NCBI GenBank assembly: GCA_054600435.1
Contig: BAAIJX010000054.1
Span: 62,001-126,000, forward strand
DNA from: Neophaeotheca triangularis
Lineage: Eukaryota
Length of the DNA: 64,000 nt
Direction of reading: 5' to 3'
The notes beneath the pieces are model-generated. The model searched no databases. It was not told the origin of the DNA and saw only the letters and a list, made by a program, of their open reading frames with translations. The first letter of the stretch is position 1; each line of letters starts with the position of its first letter. Below are positions 1-12,600 of this stretch, one piece after another. The translations under genes and the position numbers were made by a program.

Positions 1-220
1 ATGTATATGTACCTACTGTAGCCTTTTCGTTCTTGTTATTACAAGTGGAGCATGCCCAATCCCATTATCTCGTCGCGACAAACTTCATTAAGCCCCGCCT
101 CGCTACCAGACTTCCAATTGTTGCACTTCTTCACGATGGAAAAGGCAGGCTTGCACGCGACTCCACCATCTTCTACACAAAACGCTAGACTAATCATCAC
201 CTCACCTCACCTCACCTCAC

Positions 221-341
221 GCGACAAGACTCTGAGATGAAAAGGCTCGTGCCCATTGCCGTTGGTGGTCATTCCATCTTGCCGAATGCCGGAGTCCATC
301 TCGTCGAGCTGTATGTGTCTAGTGACTGGTGTTCTGGCCAT
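221..341 (-). CDS. Possible first exon of a gene continuing beyond the left edge (MARTPVTRHIQLDEMDSGIRQDGMTTNGNGHEPFHLRVLS...)
   Basis: An ATG-initiated 40-codon frame is followed directly by a GTGAG donor. No downstream exon was found in the window and no family was recognised. Confidence 0.25.
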
Positions 342-2208
342 GAGAAAGAATCCTCCGTGATACACTTGTTCTTCTTCCCCGTCTTCGGTCGGCTGCTACC
401 TTACCCTTTAACAACACCTCGTCGAACCATGGCCTTGGAAAGAAATCACCCACAAGTACTAGGCACTCAATAACAACAAAGAACCCCCTCCATCCCATGT
501 ACGCATCGACGCAACAACAACCTGGAATCCTTACACTCAGACTCAGTTACCGTTTCTAAAAGTAGCCTACACCACTCTCCAAGCAAAACCCACCCGACTG
601 TCCCCATACACACCCCTCACCCAAGATACCAAAACCTGCACCTCCCAACAACACAAATCCCTCCCAAAACCAAGAAAGAAGAATAAACTCTCCACCCCAT
701 TCCACAAACTCCAAGCCAACCACAAAACACACAAATCTCCTCCTTCACACGAAGCCCTCCGTCCCCACCATCATTTGCCCGTGAGCACCAAAAAAAAAAA
801 AAAAAGGCCCCCAAACTTTCACTTCATCACTTTACACGACAAAGCATATGCACGCCAGTCACGCAATTGCCAGATCTCCTCTTAAAAAAATAATCTTATA
901 TACCACCAACTAACAAAATTATTTTAGTCACGGTAGTTAGCGAGGTTAGCAATCCCCTTTTAAACTTCAGTCTTCGGGCTTTTCGGAGTCGGAGCAGTAG
1001 TAGTAGCAACTTTTAGTACCTAGACATCAGTCGCAAAAGCGGAGCTGGGAATTTTAGGGTTTCGTGTGGTTTTGAACTCTGCTCCGTTCTTTTTACTACC
1101 TAGGTAGTGGGGGGAGTTTGGGAAGTGTCGATCCTGCTCGGATGGGGATTTGGAGGTTGTGGATGTTCGTGGAAGAGGATGGGTTATTAGTTATCGAGGG
1201 AGGGAGAGAGAGAGGTGACGAAGGCGAATAAGGGGGGCGATTATTGAGTAGGTAGGTACCTTTCTTTCCCTTTGGCTCTTCGATCGCCTGTATAATTACT
1301 TCTTTTTCCTGCTCGGCTCGTCAAAGACTTATCTTTTGCAGCCGTGCTGGGCCTATGATGTGGCCTCATTGTGTTTGATGCCCAACCGAAACCTGTCTAG
1401 TATCTACTTTTCGCGTACATAGTACCTGGAGTATTCCAGGAAAAAAAAAAAAAAAAAAGAAACACCCCCGGGGTATCGCAAGCCCTGCTAGGATCCTTAT
1501 CTCTCAATCAAGAAACTTTCTTTCCACCTCTGTCCCAGTCCCCTTCCCATCATTCAACCAAGCCGCCTTTCAATCAAGCCGCAAGCCAAGGTCAGAGAGA
1601 ATAATTCAGCGCCCCCTTGGATCCACCCCTGAGGTACCGTCATCGCTCTACTAGGGAAATGCTTGGTGCAAGGACGACGCGAGCGGTGGCGGCGGCATCA
1701 TCATATTGCCATTTAGCCGTCTCCAAGCCTCGCTGTTGCTGGGGATGAGGATGCTTGTGCCTGGCTGCGCTTCGTCGGTGATGTTGGGTTGGGATGGGAC
1801 TGTCGAGGGCTACGAGGATGGATGGGCTCGGTGCAGTTTTGCCGGTTTGAGGGGGGAAAGAATGGTTTTATTCTGGATTTTTCCAAATACGAGACGGGGC
1901 GCATGTGTGCTTCGGCCGAGTCGGTGGCGTGGCTGGGAAGAGGTGTCGAGGGCGAGTGGACATGGTTTCTTTTCTTTGCTTCTTGCGGATCGAGAGCCTT
2001 TGATGATGCTTGCAGGAGGTGGATAGCTAGTATTTCAGACTATGGCGTAAAGACATCGAGTGGACAGAGACTCCTGAGCGTTGTGCTAGACTCGAAGGGA
2101 GCTACAATACACACCAAGTGACGAGCAAGCTGAGAGGGCAGATGAGGCTCAAAATCGGAGAATCGACTAACTAACCAAGGCAAAAGAAACGCCTCCCTTT
2201 CAAGATTC

Positions 2209-5200
2209 CTACACTCCCCTAACCTTCCGATAACTAGGCGGCTTGATACAATCTCTCACGACCTTGCCACCCCAAACGGGAACCAAGCTGGCCGCACAAA
2301 TCGCCACAACTCTCCACGCAAACCCCAACGTCAACAAAAACCCGCGGTCGAAATACTCGCCCAAAAACGGCAGACTGCCAAAATACACTCCCGCGGTCCC
2401 GAGTAAGCTGAAAATCATCACCGGGTGCCAAGTCGTGACCTCGGCGGCTACCATTATAAGCTCGTTGATGACGAGGCTGGTGTAGCTGACCGCGAGCATT
2501 TTGCTGAAACCCGGGTTAGTGTCGGGAGTCGGCAGCGGGTCGGAGGAGGTGGGTGGGTGGCGGGAGTAGGAGGGCACGAGCAGTTCCGAGCCGCCTTGGA
2601 TGATAAGGCCTTGGTAGATGCTGATGGCTAGCCAGGTGAAGAAGGTGGTGTAGCTGAGGGATTTGGCCGAGTGGAGGTCTTTGTAGAGTTCTGGGTAGAG
2701 GTTGGCGAGGTGCTCGTCGACGTCGCGGTCGAGGACGAGGCTGAAGACGGGCGCCATTGTGTAGACTGTTGCGTAGCCGACCAGCAGCCAATCGCGGTAG
2801 AGGGCTATGGGTTCGAAGGCGGAGGCTACGGAGAAGACGGTTTGAGCAACGGAGATGAGGAGGCCGCGGTGGATGACGAATTGAGAGAGTTTGGCGCTGC
2901 GTTTGTAGCTGTTGCGGCCGTGCCAGAGGAGGAGCTTGGCCAGGTGGGAAAACTGCGTTATGCTGAAGTCGGCGGCGAGGGAGGCTTGTCTTCCTTCTTT
3001 GCCGACTATACCGACACCCACGTCGGCCGCTTGGATCATTGAGACGTCGTTACCTCCGTCGCCAATACAGGCGATGCGTTTGCGCGTGTAAGCACGGATG
3101 AGGTGGGCGATGTCGGCCTTTTGGGTTGGAGAGCAGCGACAGGCTACCACGGCCGGAAGGCGGACGGCGAGGGTGATGAAGTCGTCGCGGTGGTGAGTGA
3201 GATAGAGGGAGAGGGATTGCCCATCGATGAGGAGGGCGGAAGTGGGTTGAGAATGAAGGAGGGAGAGCGCGTCGAGGGCGGCTTCTTTGCGTGTCAAACC
3301 TGAAATTGTGTGGATGTATTGACCGCGTGAGACGAGTTTTGAAGAGACGGCAACGCATCGCGCTGTTTCGACTTTGTCGCCTGTAAGCATCCAGATTTTG
3401 ATGCCGGCGTTGCGGAGGAGTTCGAGAGAAGGCTTGACTTTGTCCTGGAGTTTGTCTTCTACGCCTGTGACGCCGAGGAGCTCTAGGGAGGACTCGAGGT
3501 GTCGATTTACCACTTGCTGCATTGCACTGTCGCGGTCCGAGAAACTCATAGATGCCGAGGAGTACTCTGCGGCAAAGCTGCTGTATTGCTGGGGAGACAG
3601 AGTCTTTCGGCCTATGACGAGTGTGCGTAGGCCCTCGCGAGCCATGTTACCCGTTTCTTCGTCGAGCCAGTCATTCGAAGCCACGATGGCAGACATGACC
3701 GTGTCCGCTCCTTTTTGGTAAAAATACACTTCGTCGTCCTCTTCATCGCTGTTGGCGTTGCGAATGAACTTGACAACAATGCCCATGCGTTTGCTGTCCG
3801 AGGTGAAAGGAAAGACGTTCAATATCTTGGCCTTGACGACAGTTCGACCGTCGCTGGCGAATTGCAAACTTATGGTTTTGCGATCTCGATGTACCAACCG
3901 CAAACCGACTTGCTCTGTCCACTGGACAATTGCAATCTCGTCGGGTGAAGAAGCCTGATATGCAGTGACGGGCTTGCCATCCTCCTCCTCCACAGTTGGC
4001 GTGACATTGTGACAAAGCGCGAGCGCCAACACCAAGTCTCGCACACGCAGACTGATTTCGCGACGCGAGCCTCTAGCATTGTTCATCATGCTGAGGCCGG
4101 TCGAAGGCGTCCAGAGCTGATCCGCGGCAGCACCTTCCGGTGACACGAAAGCCTGCTTGACAAAACTTGCCACCTCTTCCATTGCTTCGAGATTGTAGCT
4201 GACAGTGCCAACGTGTACTTTCCTCAACTCCATCTCGTTCCGAGTAAGTGTTCCAGTCTTGTCGCTAAGCAAGTATTCGATTCTGCCTAGATCTTCCGGA
4301 ATGGTGCTGGTCCTCACGACCGTACCTGGGATTCCCGAGTCTCGCTGGATGAAGTAGGCGTACACGCTTTTGCCCATGTCCAGATTCACCCGCAGACTGA
4401 TGGGTACGATTGTGCTGAAGAGGATCAAGAACCTCATTACAGCCACATACCAAGGGCGGTCGTTCTTGTTGTCGAAGCCTTCCAATGCAACGAGGAGGAA
4501 AGACAGGGCGGCTGTGATGATACAAAGAATCTTGACTAGACTGTTGATCTCAAGTTCGAGAAGACCTGTTTTGCTTCTAGAGGCGGATGTAGAGAGCGCG
4601 GCGCGAGTCTGAGGGCCAGTGTAGACTACGACTGCGTAGACTGTCGTACTCGATGCTAGGACAGTGTTTGCCCATGCGGTATTGTCGATGCTCAAAGGAG
4701 ACGACTTGTTCTCTGCCTGCTGCTCCTTCGCCCCAGATTCTCTAGATTTGTCCGTCGGCGGATCGTAGCCCCGAGTGTGTTTTGGAAGAAGCTCCATAGT
4801 GCCAACAAAGTCGTTGACCTTCTTATCGGGCTTGCCAGCAGACAATTGCAACCGCAAAAATTCACTCGTAGGGAGCGTCTGACATAGAGGTGAAGCTAGG
4901 CGCAGCTTCCAATCAGTCTCACCGTCTAGCTGATCCGTCCTTATAAACGCCTCTCCTCCAGCACCTGGATCTTCGGAAGTGGTTTTGTTATCCAGGTCGG
5001 CTCCTTCGACCGCCCCTTGTGCTTGCTCATCATCCGGCGCTGTTGCATCTTGTCCAGCGTCGAACAACACGGGCTCAAATTGCTTATCCGTATTGACAGT
5101 CTCCGCCGAAACTCCGGTCTCCGCGGCGAAGCTCTTCAATATCACGACGTCTGCAGGAACTCTCCGATCCTTCTCTAGCACCACTACATCACCCACTTTC

Positions 5201-6210
5201 AGATCTCGTGATGGCTTGACTACCTCCCTTACACTCGCAGAAGGTGCCTTCACATGCTCAGTTCTTTGCTCCTCATCCTCCATCTGAGAAATTCTGCCAT
5301 CACCGTCAGGCGTCCCTCTCCTTCTCAGCTTCCTCTTCTTTCCCATTGTAGCCCGCTCCTCCTTTGCAACCCTTTCGACATCCCTCTCGCGCCGCTCATC
5401 AAACTCCAGAACCTTGTAAGTTTCCCCATTGGCCTCATTATCCCTCTTTCTTCTTTGAATATCATCATAGGCCTCCTTCCCAAGAGTGATCATCAGCACA
5501 AACGCCAGAGGTGCAATGTAGGTGCTCAAGTACCCAATCCGAAGTGCAGGGATTATCTGCGACAATGCCACAAGCAAGAAGTACATGTTGAAGAAGAAGC
5601 TAAACTCATTGTACAGAGTGCGCGGTAAGAAGGACCAGGGGGTATATTTCGCATTTGAGACTGCATTCGGAGGGAATCGCGCGGTCTGTTTTTGACCAAC
5701 TGAGATGGTGCGGGTAGAGGAGGGGGAGTAGTCGGGCTCGTCGTCGAGGGCTGTGTTGTCGGCATCGGTTGGAAGGTGGACGGACGTTGTACGTCTTGTA
5801 AAGGGTAACAAGCGCTTGAGACCACGTTTCCTACGAGGCTCTGGCAGATCGTAATCGGGTCGTCGTCGCGAGCTGCTGCCGGCTGACAGGAGAGGAGCAT
5901 CATCTTCTGCCAACCCTGAGCTCGCTACTGACTTCCTCTTCACCGCTTCCTCGTCGCCACCACTCAAAAGGGCCTCTCCGTCCTCATCCCCATCGTCCTG
6001 TCGTCTCCGTCTTCCGCCATTTCGAAGATTCCCGAGTGGGATGCCTCGAGAGTAGTTGGGCGATCGCTTCGAATCAGCAGACTCACCGTATCTCCCTGAG
6101 CTACCAGCTGGCTGCGGATCCAATTCGTTGAGATCCAAGTCGAGGTCCGAGTCGTTATCATCGTATGGAGTATCCGGGTCTCGCGGCCTGTGGTATCCTG
6201 CCTCGTTCAT
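2209..6210 (-). CDS. NEO1: P4-type ATPase, phospholipid flippase (Neo1/ATP9 subfamily)
   Basis: Intronless 1333-aa ORF with DKTGTLT phosphorylation motif, QLDGETDWK, YQASSPDEIA, MLTGDK, IGDGGND, GKEGRQASLAADFS and C-terminal TM segments. DGETDWKLR and PISLRVNLD are typical of Neo1/ATP9. Confidence 0.96.
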   Translation of the reverse strand: MNEAGYHRPRDPDTPYDDNDSDLDLDLNELDPQPAGSSGRYGESADSKRSPNYSRGIPLGNLRNGGRRRRQDDGDEDGEALLSGGDEEAVKRKSVASSGLAEDDAPLLSAGSSSRRRPDYDLPEPRRKRGLKRLLPFTRRTTSVHLPTDADNTALDDEPDYSPSSTRTISVGQKQTARFPPNAVSNAKYTPWSFLPRTLYNEFSFFFNMYFLLVALSQIIPALRIGYLSTYIAPLAFVLMITLGKEAYDDIQRRKRDNEANGETYKVLEFDERRERDVERVAKEERATMGKKRKLRRRGTPDGDGRISQMEDEEQRTEHVKAPSASVREVVKPSRDLKVGDVVVLEKDRRVPADVVILKSFAAETGVSAETVNTDKQFEPVLFDAGQDATAPDDEQAQGAVEGADLDNKTTSEDPGAGGEAFIRTDQLDGETDWKLRLASPLCQTLPTSEFLRLQLSAGKPDKKVNDFVGTMELLPKHTRGYDPPTDKSRESGAKEQQAENKSSPLSIDNTAWANTVLASSTTVYAVVVYTGPQTRAALSTSASRSKTGLLELEINSLVKILCIITAALSFLLVALEGFDNKNDRPWYVAVMRFLILFSTIVPISLRVNLDMGKSVYAYFIQRDSGIPGTVVRTSTIPEDLGRIEYLLSDKTGTLTRNEMELRKVHVGTVSYNLEAMEEVASFVKQAFVSPEGAAADQLWTPSTGLSMMNNARGSRREISLRVRDLVLALALCHNVTPTVEEEDGKPVTAYQASSPDEIAIVQWTEQVGLRLVHRDRKTISLQFASDGRTVVKAKILNVFPFTSDSKRMGIVVKFIRNANSDEEDDEVYFYQKGADTVMSAIVASNDWLDEETGNMAREGLRTLVIGRKTLSPQQYSSFAAEYSSASMSFSDRDSAMQQVVNRHLESSLELLGVTGVEDKLQDKVKPSLELLRNAGIKIWMLTGDKVETARCVAVSSKLVSRGQYIHTISGLTRKEAALDALSLLHSQPTSALLIDGQSLSLYLTHHRDDFITLAVRLPAVVACRCSPTQKADIAHLIRAYTRKRIACIGDGGNDVSMIQAADVGVGIVGKEGRQASLAADFSITQFSHLAKLLLWHGRNSYKRSAKLSQFVIHRGLLISVAQTVFSVASAFEPIALYRDWLLVGYATVYTMAPVFSLVLDRDVDEHLANLYPELYKDLHSAKSLSYTTFFTWLAISIYQGLIIQGGSELLVPSYSRHPPTSSDPLPTPDTNPGFSKMLAVSYTSLVINELIMVAAEVTTWHPVMIFSLLGTAGVYFGSLPFLGEYFDRGFLLTLGFAWRVVAICAASLVPVWGGKVVRDCIKPPSYRKVRGV

Positions 6211-6619
6211 GCCTCATTTGATCGTGCACCTTGCCTCCTTTGTGTTCCACAACGCCTCTTCCTCGAGACCAAATATGAGCGACAGCAGGCTTGTTGAGAA
6301 TTGCGAATACACCGTGGCCGTGTATATGACTGGAATACCCCCTTTGTTTGTTGCCTGGAGAGGTGACATGATCGTTGTCGTCCCTTTCACGTGGCAGTTG
6401 TGAGCGGCTGACTAAGCGGGAAGCCGGACGGGATGGGCCGCATCTGGGGTCGGCAGGCGGCATGTTGATTGGAGAGACCTGAGGCGGAGACGCCGAGTGG
6501 CAGCATCACTCGGCCTGCCACTCCTGAAAGCCTGAAGAGACGAAAGCAACAACCACCTACACTCTACCTAATCATGTACCAATAGTTAATTCCCTGTCTT
6601 GTATCCTTGCGCCGTCGTT

Positions 6620-9600
6620 ATGGATGACGACGACTATCCCAACTTTGGGAGTGCTTTCCCCAGCGAGATTGTGGAAAGGACACCAACGCCATCTGCTCAC
6701 TGGAACCCAGCTATGAGACCTGACGCTGCTTCTTCCCAGGCACAAACACAGCCGCAACTTGCAGTTCAAGAGCAAGAACACGCCACACAGCCCCCACCCG
6801 AATCCGACGATGACTTTTTCGATCGGTATCCTGACGCAGACCCCGATCAAAGTAAGGGCAGGGACACGACAGCCGATCCGGAGGATGACCCAGAGTCAGC
6901 GTTACGGAAACGTAGCAAATCTGTGTCGCATCGCGTGGATAACCCTACCAACGATGCTCAGCCGGGCGAGATGGAGAGCAAGCTCAACTTCAGCACCGAC
7001 ATCGAGAGGCCACTTGGCAATCCAGACGACAGAGCTGCGGGGGACAGCGCGCCGCCGGATGATGAAGGCCCAGTCTTTGGTGCCCATGAAACGGTTACTG
7101 AGCAGCGTAGAGAGCTAGAGATTTCCTCCGAGTTACCGGCTGAGCCGCAGAAGGAAGATGCTCAAACCGTGGAGGAGGTTGCAGATGCAGGAGAAGCCGA
7201 TCGCATTGCAAGCCATGAGCAAGAGCTGGAGCCGGTAGCTTCGAATCCTTCCCAGAACTACGAGCATCAGGGGGAAATATCGCAAATGGAAGAAGCAGTA
7301 GATGAAAGTGTCGAAGCCCCTCTCATGGAAGACGAGGAGCCGCTACCAACCCCTGGGTACGCAAGTAGGGCGAACACGTTGGGGTTTGGCAGCTTTGCAG
7401 AACAGGGAGGCCAAGCGGGACAACCAGCCAACCCAGGCCTTGATAGATCGTTCACCACCGATTTCACCGAGCCCCCTCAGACGCAGGAGCAGCAACGTCA
7501 AGAAACAATTGAGCCTGCATGGCCTGAAGAGGGAGATGACCAGACATTTGGTGAATTGTTGGACAGCGAGAGACAGTCGGAATCGTCGGCGCGATCTCCG
7601 GAAAGGTTTGAGGCACAACCCCTGAGTGATGGCACGCTAGAGAACAGCCACTCAGAAGGTGATGAAATGGCTCCTCCACCAATATCGCAAGTTATTAGTC
7701 ATACTGCCGCCAACGATGCTGAAAAGGAGGCTGCGCCAGATGCACCAGTTGAGGACATTCTTGAGGCTAAGCAAGATACTATGGCTGAAATGTCCGCTAC
7801 CAACGATGCTGAAAAGGAGGCTGCGCCGGATTCGGCAGTCGAGGATGTTGGAGAGGCCAAAGAAGATAACATGGCTGCCATGTGGGAAGCTGCGCTTGAC
7901 GATGACGATCTTTTGGACGATGAGCTTCTCGACGATGACGAAGAAGATGCAGTTGATCCCTCAGCAGTCTTTGGTGACGATGAGGATTTGTTGGAGGACG
8001 ATCCGTTTGAGTCTATTGGGCAAGGTGCTGGCGCCTCAGGCCCGGGTTCACAAGGCCAAATGCAAGGGTCTGGCCAATCGCAAAACCCTGCACAGTCCGT
8101 GCAAAGTAGAGGTGTATCGGCAAATCAGTACGTGCCTACTGGGCTTGCTCAGGCCGGACGATCGCCTCAGATCATCCCTTACAGCGCTCCCGGAGCTCAT
8201 TTTGTTGGCCAAGCTCATGGCAGATCAGCTGGAACACCAGACACTGGGCTATTCGATATATACAACCAACCTGGAGCGCTCACACAGCAACCGCAACAAT
8301 CGGCTCAAAGGCCAGCTCCACCTTCGCAGGCACAAAGCTTTGCTGATAAGAGCAAAGGAGGCTACTCGTCACCATACGATCTTCCAATGGAGGTGGTCAA
8401 GCCGCGAAGAAGACCCCAACCACCCCCGCAAGTGACAAGTGGCGGGCCTGCACCGCCTCCGCGATCCAGCAGCTATACATCACAGCCAGGGCAACCTCCA
8501 GCAGCAGCGGTGCCTCCAAGAGCACCTTCCGTCACAAGTATGTCGCCTCCAACGGCTACTCAACCCAGTGGATCTGTGCAACCAACTTCTGTCAAGTCTA
8601 CGCCACAAGCCGCGTCCGGATTCTTTGAAGACTTGCCCATGACTGTCAAACCCCGTCCAAGACCGCCGTATACCCCACAAGCTGGAGGCATGCCAGCGCC
8701 TCCCCCACAAGTTCCAGGGCCGCCGCAGCAGCAGCAACAAGCTCCTCCACACAGTGGTCCTTCTGCCCCTCCGATGCAGCCTCCAAAACGACCCGCCGCC
8801 GCCCCAACACAGCAGTCGCAGCCTGCAATGGCCGGGTTAGGATTGAGACAGCCCGAAAAAATGCCGCTAATGCCAGATCAGACTGAGATGGCACCACCTC
8901 AAGCTCCACAAGCACCACCTGCAACATCGCGCTACTCCCCGAATGCTCAAGTGGCTTCCGTGTCCCAGCAACAAAGTCGCTACTCACCGGCTCCTCCGCT
9001 GCAGCCATCAGCCACTTCATCAGTCACCCAAAGCAGATACTCCCCAGCACCCGGGGCACAGCCAACGACAAATAAGCCACCAACAAATCGCTACGCCTCG
9101 GCTCCGGCGCAGCAGGCACCCGTCAACAAACCGCAACCTTTTGCACCCCGAACGAGCAGCCCGCTGGCATACCACGACAAACCTCATCCCCCTCTTCCCG
9201 TGAACATCTCCCACGATTCACCATCCTCTCCCTCTCGACAAAACGGCTTGACAGCCTCCGCACCATCAACTGGACGTCCTGACTCAAGCAGCTCGAGGTA
9301 CTCCCCAGCTGAACCCCGAGGTACTGACCCAAGCCACACGCGTCCTCGTACACAGTCCCCAGACGACGCCATGAAATCAGCTCGAGCGGCGACCATGGGC
9401 CTAGCACGATCCACATCCTCGCAGCCGCCTCAAACAAAAGGCCCTGTCCTACCCCATCGTCGCCAATTTTCCCGCGAGTTAAGCTTCGCACCGCCACAAG
9501 ATGAACGTTCGGCCGACCCTTTTGAGCGTTGGCGCGGACACCCCATCTTCCGCTGGACAGCAGGTGGCATGGTCGTGCATAGCTTCCCCAAACAAACGCC

Positions 9601-12600
9601 GTACTACTCTTCAGGCTCGACGGCCCCTACGCTCAAGTGCACGCCTGGATCTATTACTGTGCAGGATGCCAGCTCACTCATGCCCATGCCAGAAGCAGCA
9701 ATGAAGTTTCCCGGTCCACTGTCGGCGAGGAGTAAGGGAAAGAAGAAGGAGGTTGTAGCATGGCTTGGGAGTAAAATCGAGGAGCTCGAAAGACTGACCC
9801 AAAGCGCGAAATTGGATTATGGTGTTTCGAGCGACGACAAGAAGAGGGTCGAGGAGAAGACAATGTTGTGGAAGGTTACAAAGGTCTTCGTCGAGAATGA
9901 CGGAGTTTTGGAGGGTAACGCGAAGACTGATGAAGAGGTGCGCAAGGTCCTACTACCCGACTTGGCGCAGATGGGGCAGGTAGTTGACTTGTCGAGTCCA
10001 ACGGCTGCTGCTGCGATGCAACCGGATGCTATCGAGAGGGACGTGCTGTTCCAGTTGCGTCAGGCTCTGCTTGAAGGTCAACGGGAGAGAGCGGTATTCC
10101 TGGCCGAGGAGAAAAAACTGTGGGGACATGCCATGCTCATTGCCTCGACCATGGGACCGGAGACCTGGAAGCAAGTCGTTCAGTCTTTTGTGCGGTCCAA
10201 TGTCAAGACTATGGGAAGCGACTCGAGAAGTATCGCCGCGCTTTATCAGATTTTTGCTGGAAACTCGGAAGATTGCGTTGACGAGTTGGTACCGCCCTCG
10301 GCTCGCGCTGGTTTCCAGATGATCAACAAAGTTGACGGTAGCAGTGCTGGTAACCCGCTCGGTGGCTTGGATTCCTGGCGAGAGACGCTGGGTCTGGTCA
10401 TTAGCAATCGCACGCCCGGAGACGGCCAATCGCTTCTGTCGCTGGGCAAGCTCCTCCAGAGCTACGGACGGCCAGAAGCGGCATCGACCTGCTTCCTTTT
10501 TGCGCGCAGTTTCGCCAAACATTCCGGGGCCGACGACGCAGAAGCCCACTTTGTACTTCTAGGAGACCGGCAAACTCCGGAGCACGCTCTCGGAAACGAT
10601 CTGGATTCCATCCTATTGACGGAAATATACGAGTACGCCGCTTCATTTCAACTACCCTCTTCCGCTGTAGCCTACATCCCGCACTTGCAATCTTACAAAC
10701 TACTGCACGCCCATGAGCTTGCTGCTTATGGCCAAACAAGCAAAGCGCAAGCATACTGCGAGCACATTGCTTCAGCTATCAGGTCGACAACAAGACCAAG
10801 CCAGTACTATCACCCCGCTTTCACGCAAGCTATTGACGATCTCAATCGCTTCTTGAGCCAGACGCCTCAGAGCGCTGCGGGTGGTAAGAGCTTCTTCTCG
10901 AAACCAAACATGGCCAAGGTATCGAGTGGTATGGGCAGCTGGTTTACGAAACTGGTCGAAGGCGAGGACGACACTGATCAGGCTTCCACGACCCCAGGGC
11001 CCGGTGGCGACGTTGGTGCCGAGGCGAACACACCGTTTGGCATGGTCAATGGAGATACTGGAGCTACCATCAGCCGTTCGGCTTCGGGTACTGATCTGTA
11101 CAACCCCATGAACGGTGGTGCTGCTGGCACGCCTGGGCCATACCAGCCCATGACTGCGCAGGGACGATACGCTCCCTCTGCTCTTGGTCAGCAAAGTCAG
11201 AGCGGTGGCAGCCGATATGCACCCTCCCCCATGCCATCGGCATACGCGCCGGGCAGATCCTCAATGGATTCAGATCGCTCAAGCATACCGAGTAGTATGG
11301 GTGTCTCTGCAGCCGAACCTCCAAGACCATCCTCGGCACGCTATGCTTCGTACGCTCCTGCCACGCATCAGCCGCCGCAGCAGAGCCTAGGTGTACCACG
11401 GCCTGAAGTTTCCCGCGCTACTAGCGACTTTCAAGCGCCGTACAATGTTAGTGCTTCTAGAAGAGGTTCACAGCAAAGTGTGCAAAGTAATTTGAGTCGT
11501 GGGTCCCATGAGCCGAAGCCCGCGCTTGCGGAACAGCGGAATTCACCATATGGGATGTATCAACCTAGTCCTCAGCAGGAGCCTGCACAACCACAGCCTC
11601 CCATGGAGCAGCGACAAGGCTCGCCGTATGGCATGTACCAACCTAGCCCTCAGCAAGAGCCAATGCAACCTCAACCCGCTAGCTTCGAAGAAGGCGGATA
11701 TCCACACTCAAACGGCCTGCCTTCACCCACTCAGCAGCAACCTCAGCAGCAACTTCAGATGGAGCCCCAACCAGACCCAGAAGACGGTGGTTACGCTCCG
11801 CCTACCTCTACAGGAAGCAGCTACGAGCCCCCGTCGACAAGTTACGAACCTCCTTCAACAACCTACCAACCCTACCAACCCGACCCCGAACCTGACTCCC
11901 CAGTCGAAACCCAATCCAAACCCCGCCGAGGTATAATGGACGACGACGACGACGACCTAGTCGCCCGCGCCGCGGCCCTCAAGCTGGAACCATCCTCCGC
12001 GTCCGGCACGCCTTCCAACGACCGCGCAGCCGCCGACGCAGCCGCCGACGCCGCCTTCCGCGCCGCAGCGGAAGCAGACGCCGCCCGGGACAAAACGAAG
12101 CAGCAACCCAAAAAGTCAGGTTGGCTGAGCGGCGGTCTAGGCGGCGGCTGGTTCAGCAAGAAAGCCTCGGATTCCGATTTATCGTCCGCCAGCGGAAACC
12201 AGCCCATCAAAGCCAAGCTGGGCGAAGAGAGCTCTTTCTACTACGACAAGGATCTGGGCAAGTGGGTGAACAAAAAAGGCGGACCAGAAGCCGCGACACC
12301 CGTTGCAGCAACCCCGCCACCGCCAAAGGGTCCAGGAAGCAGAACTGCAAGCGCCATGGGCCCGCCCAGCGGACCACCTTCCCGCGTCGCCAGCGGCAGC
12401 AACCTGCCCCCTGCGGGAAACAGCAACAGCCGCCCACCCACTTCGTCCGGTCTGTCGAACCCACCCGCAGGTTTCGTCATGGGCTCGCAGCCGCCTAGTA
12501 GGACTGGCACGCCGGCTTCTGAGAACGGTGGTGCTGGAGGCTTGGCTCCGCCGATGCCGCCGCCGAGCCGTCCCGGTACCGGTCTGAGCAATGCTAGTAG

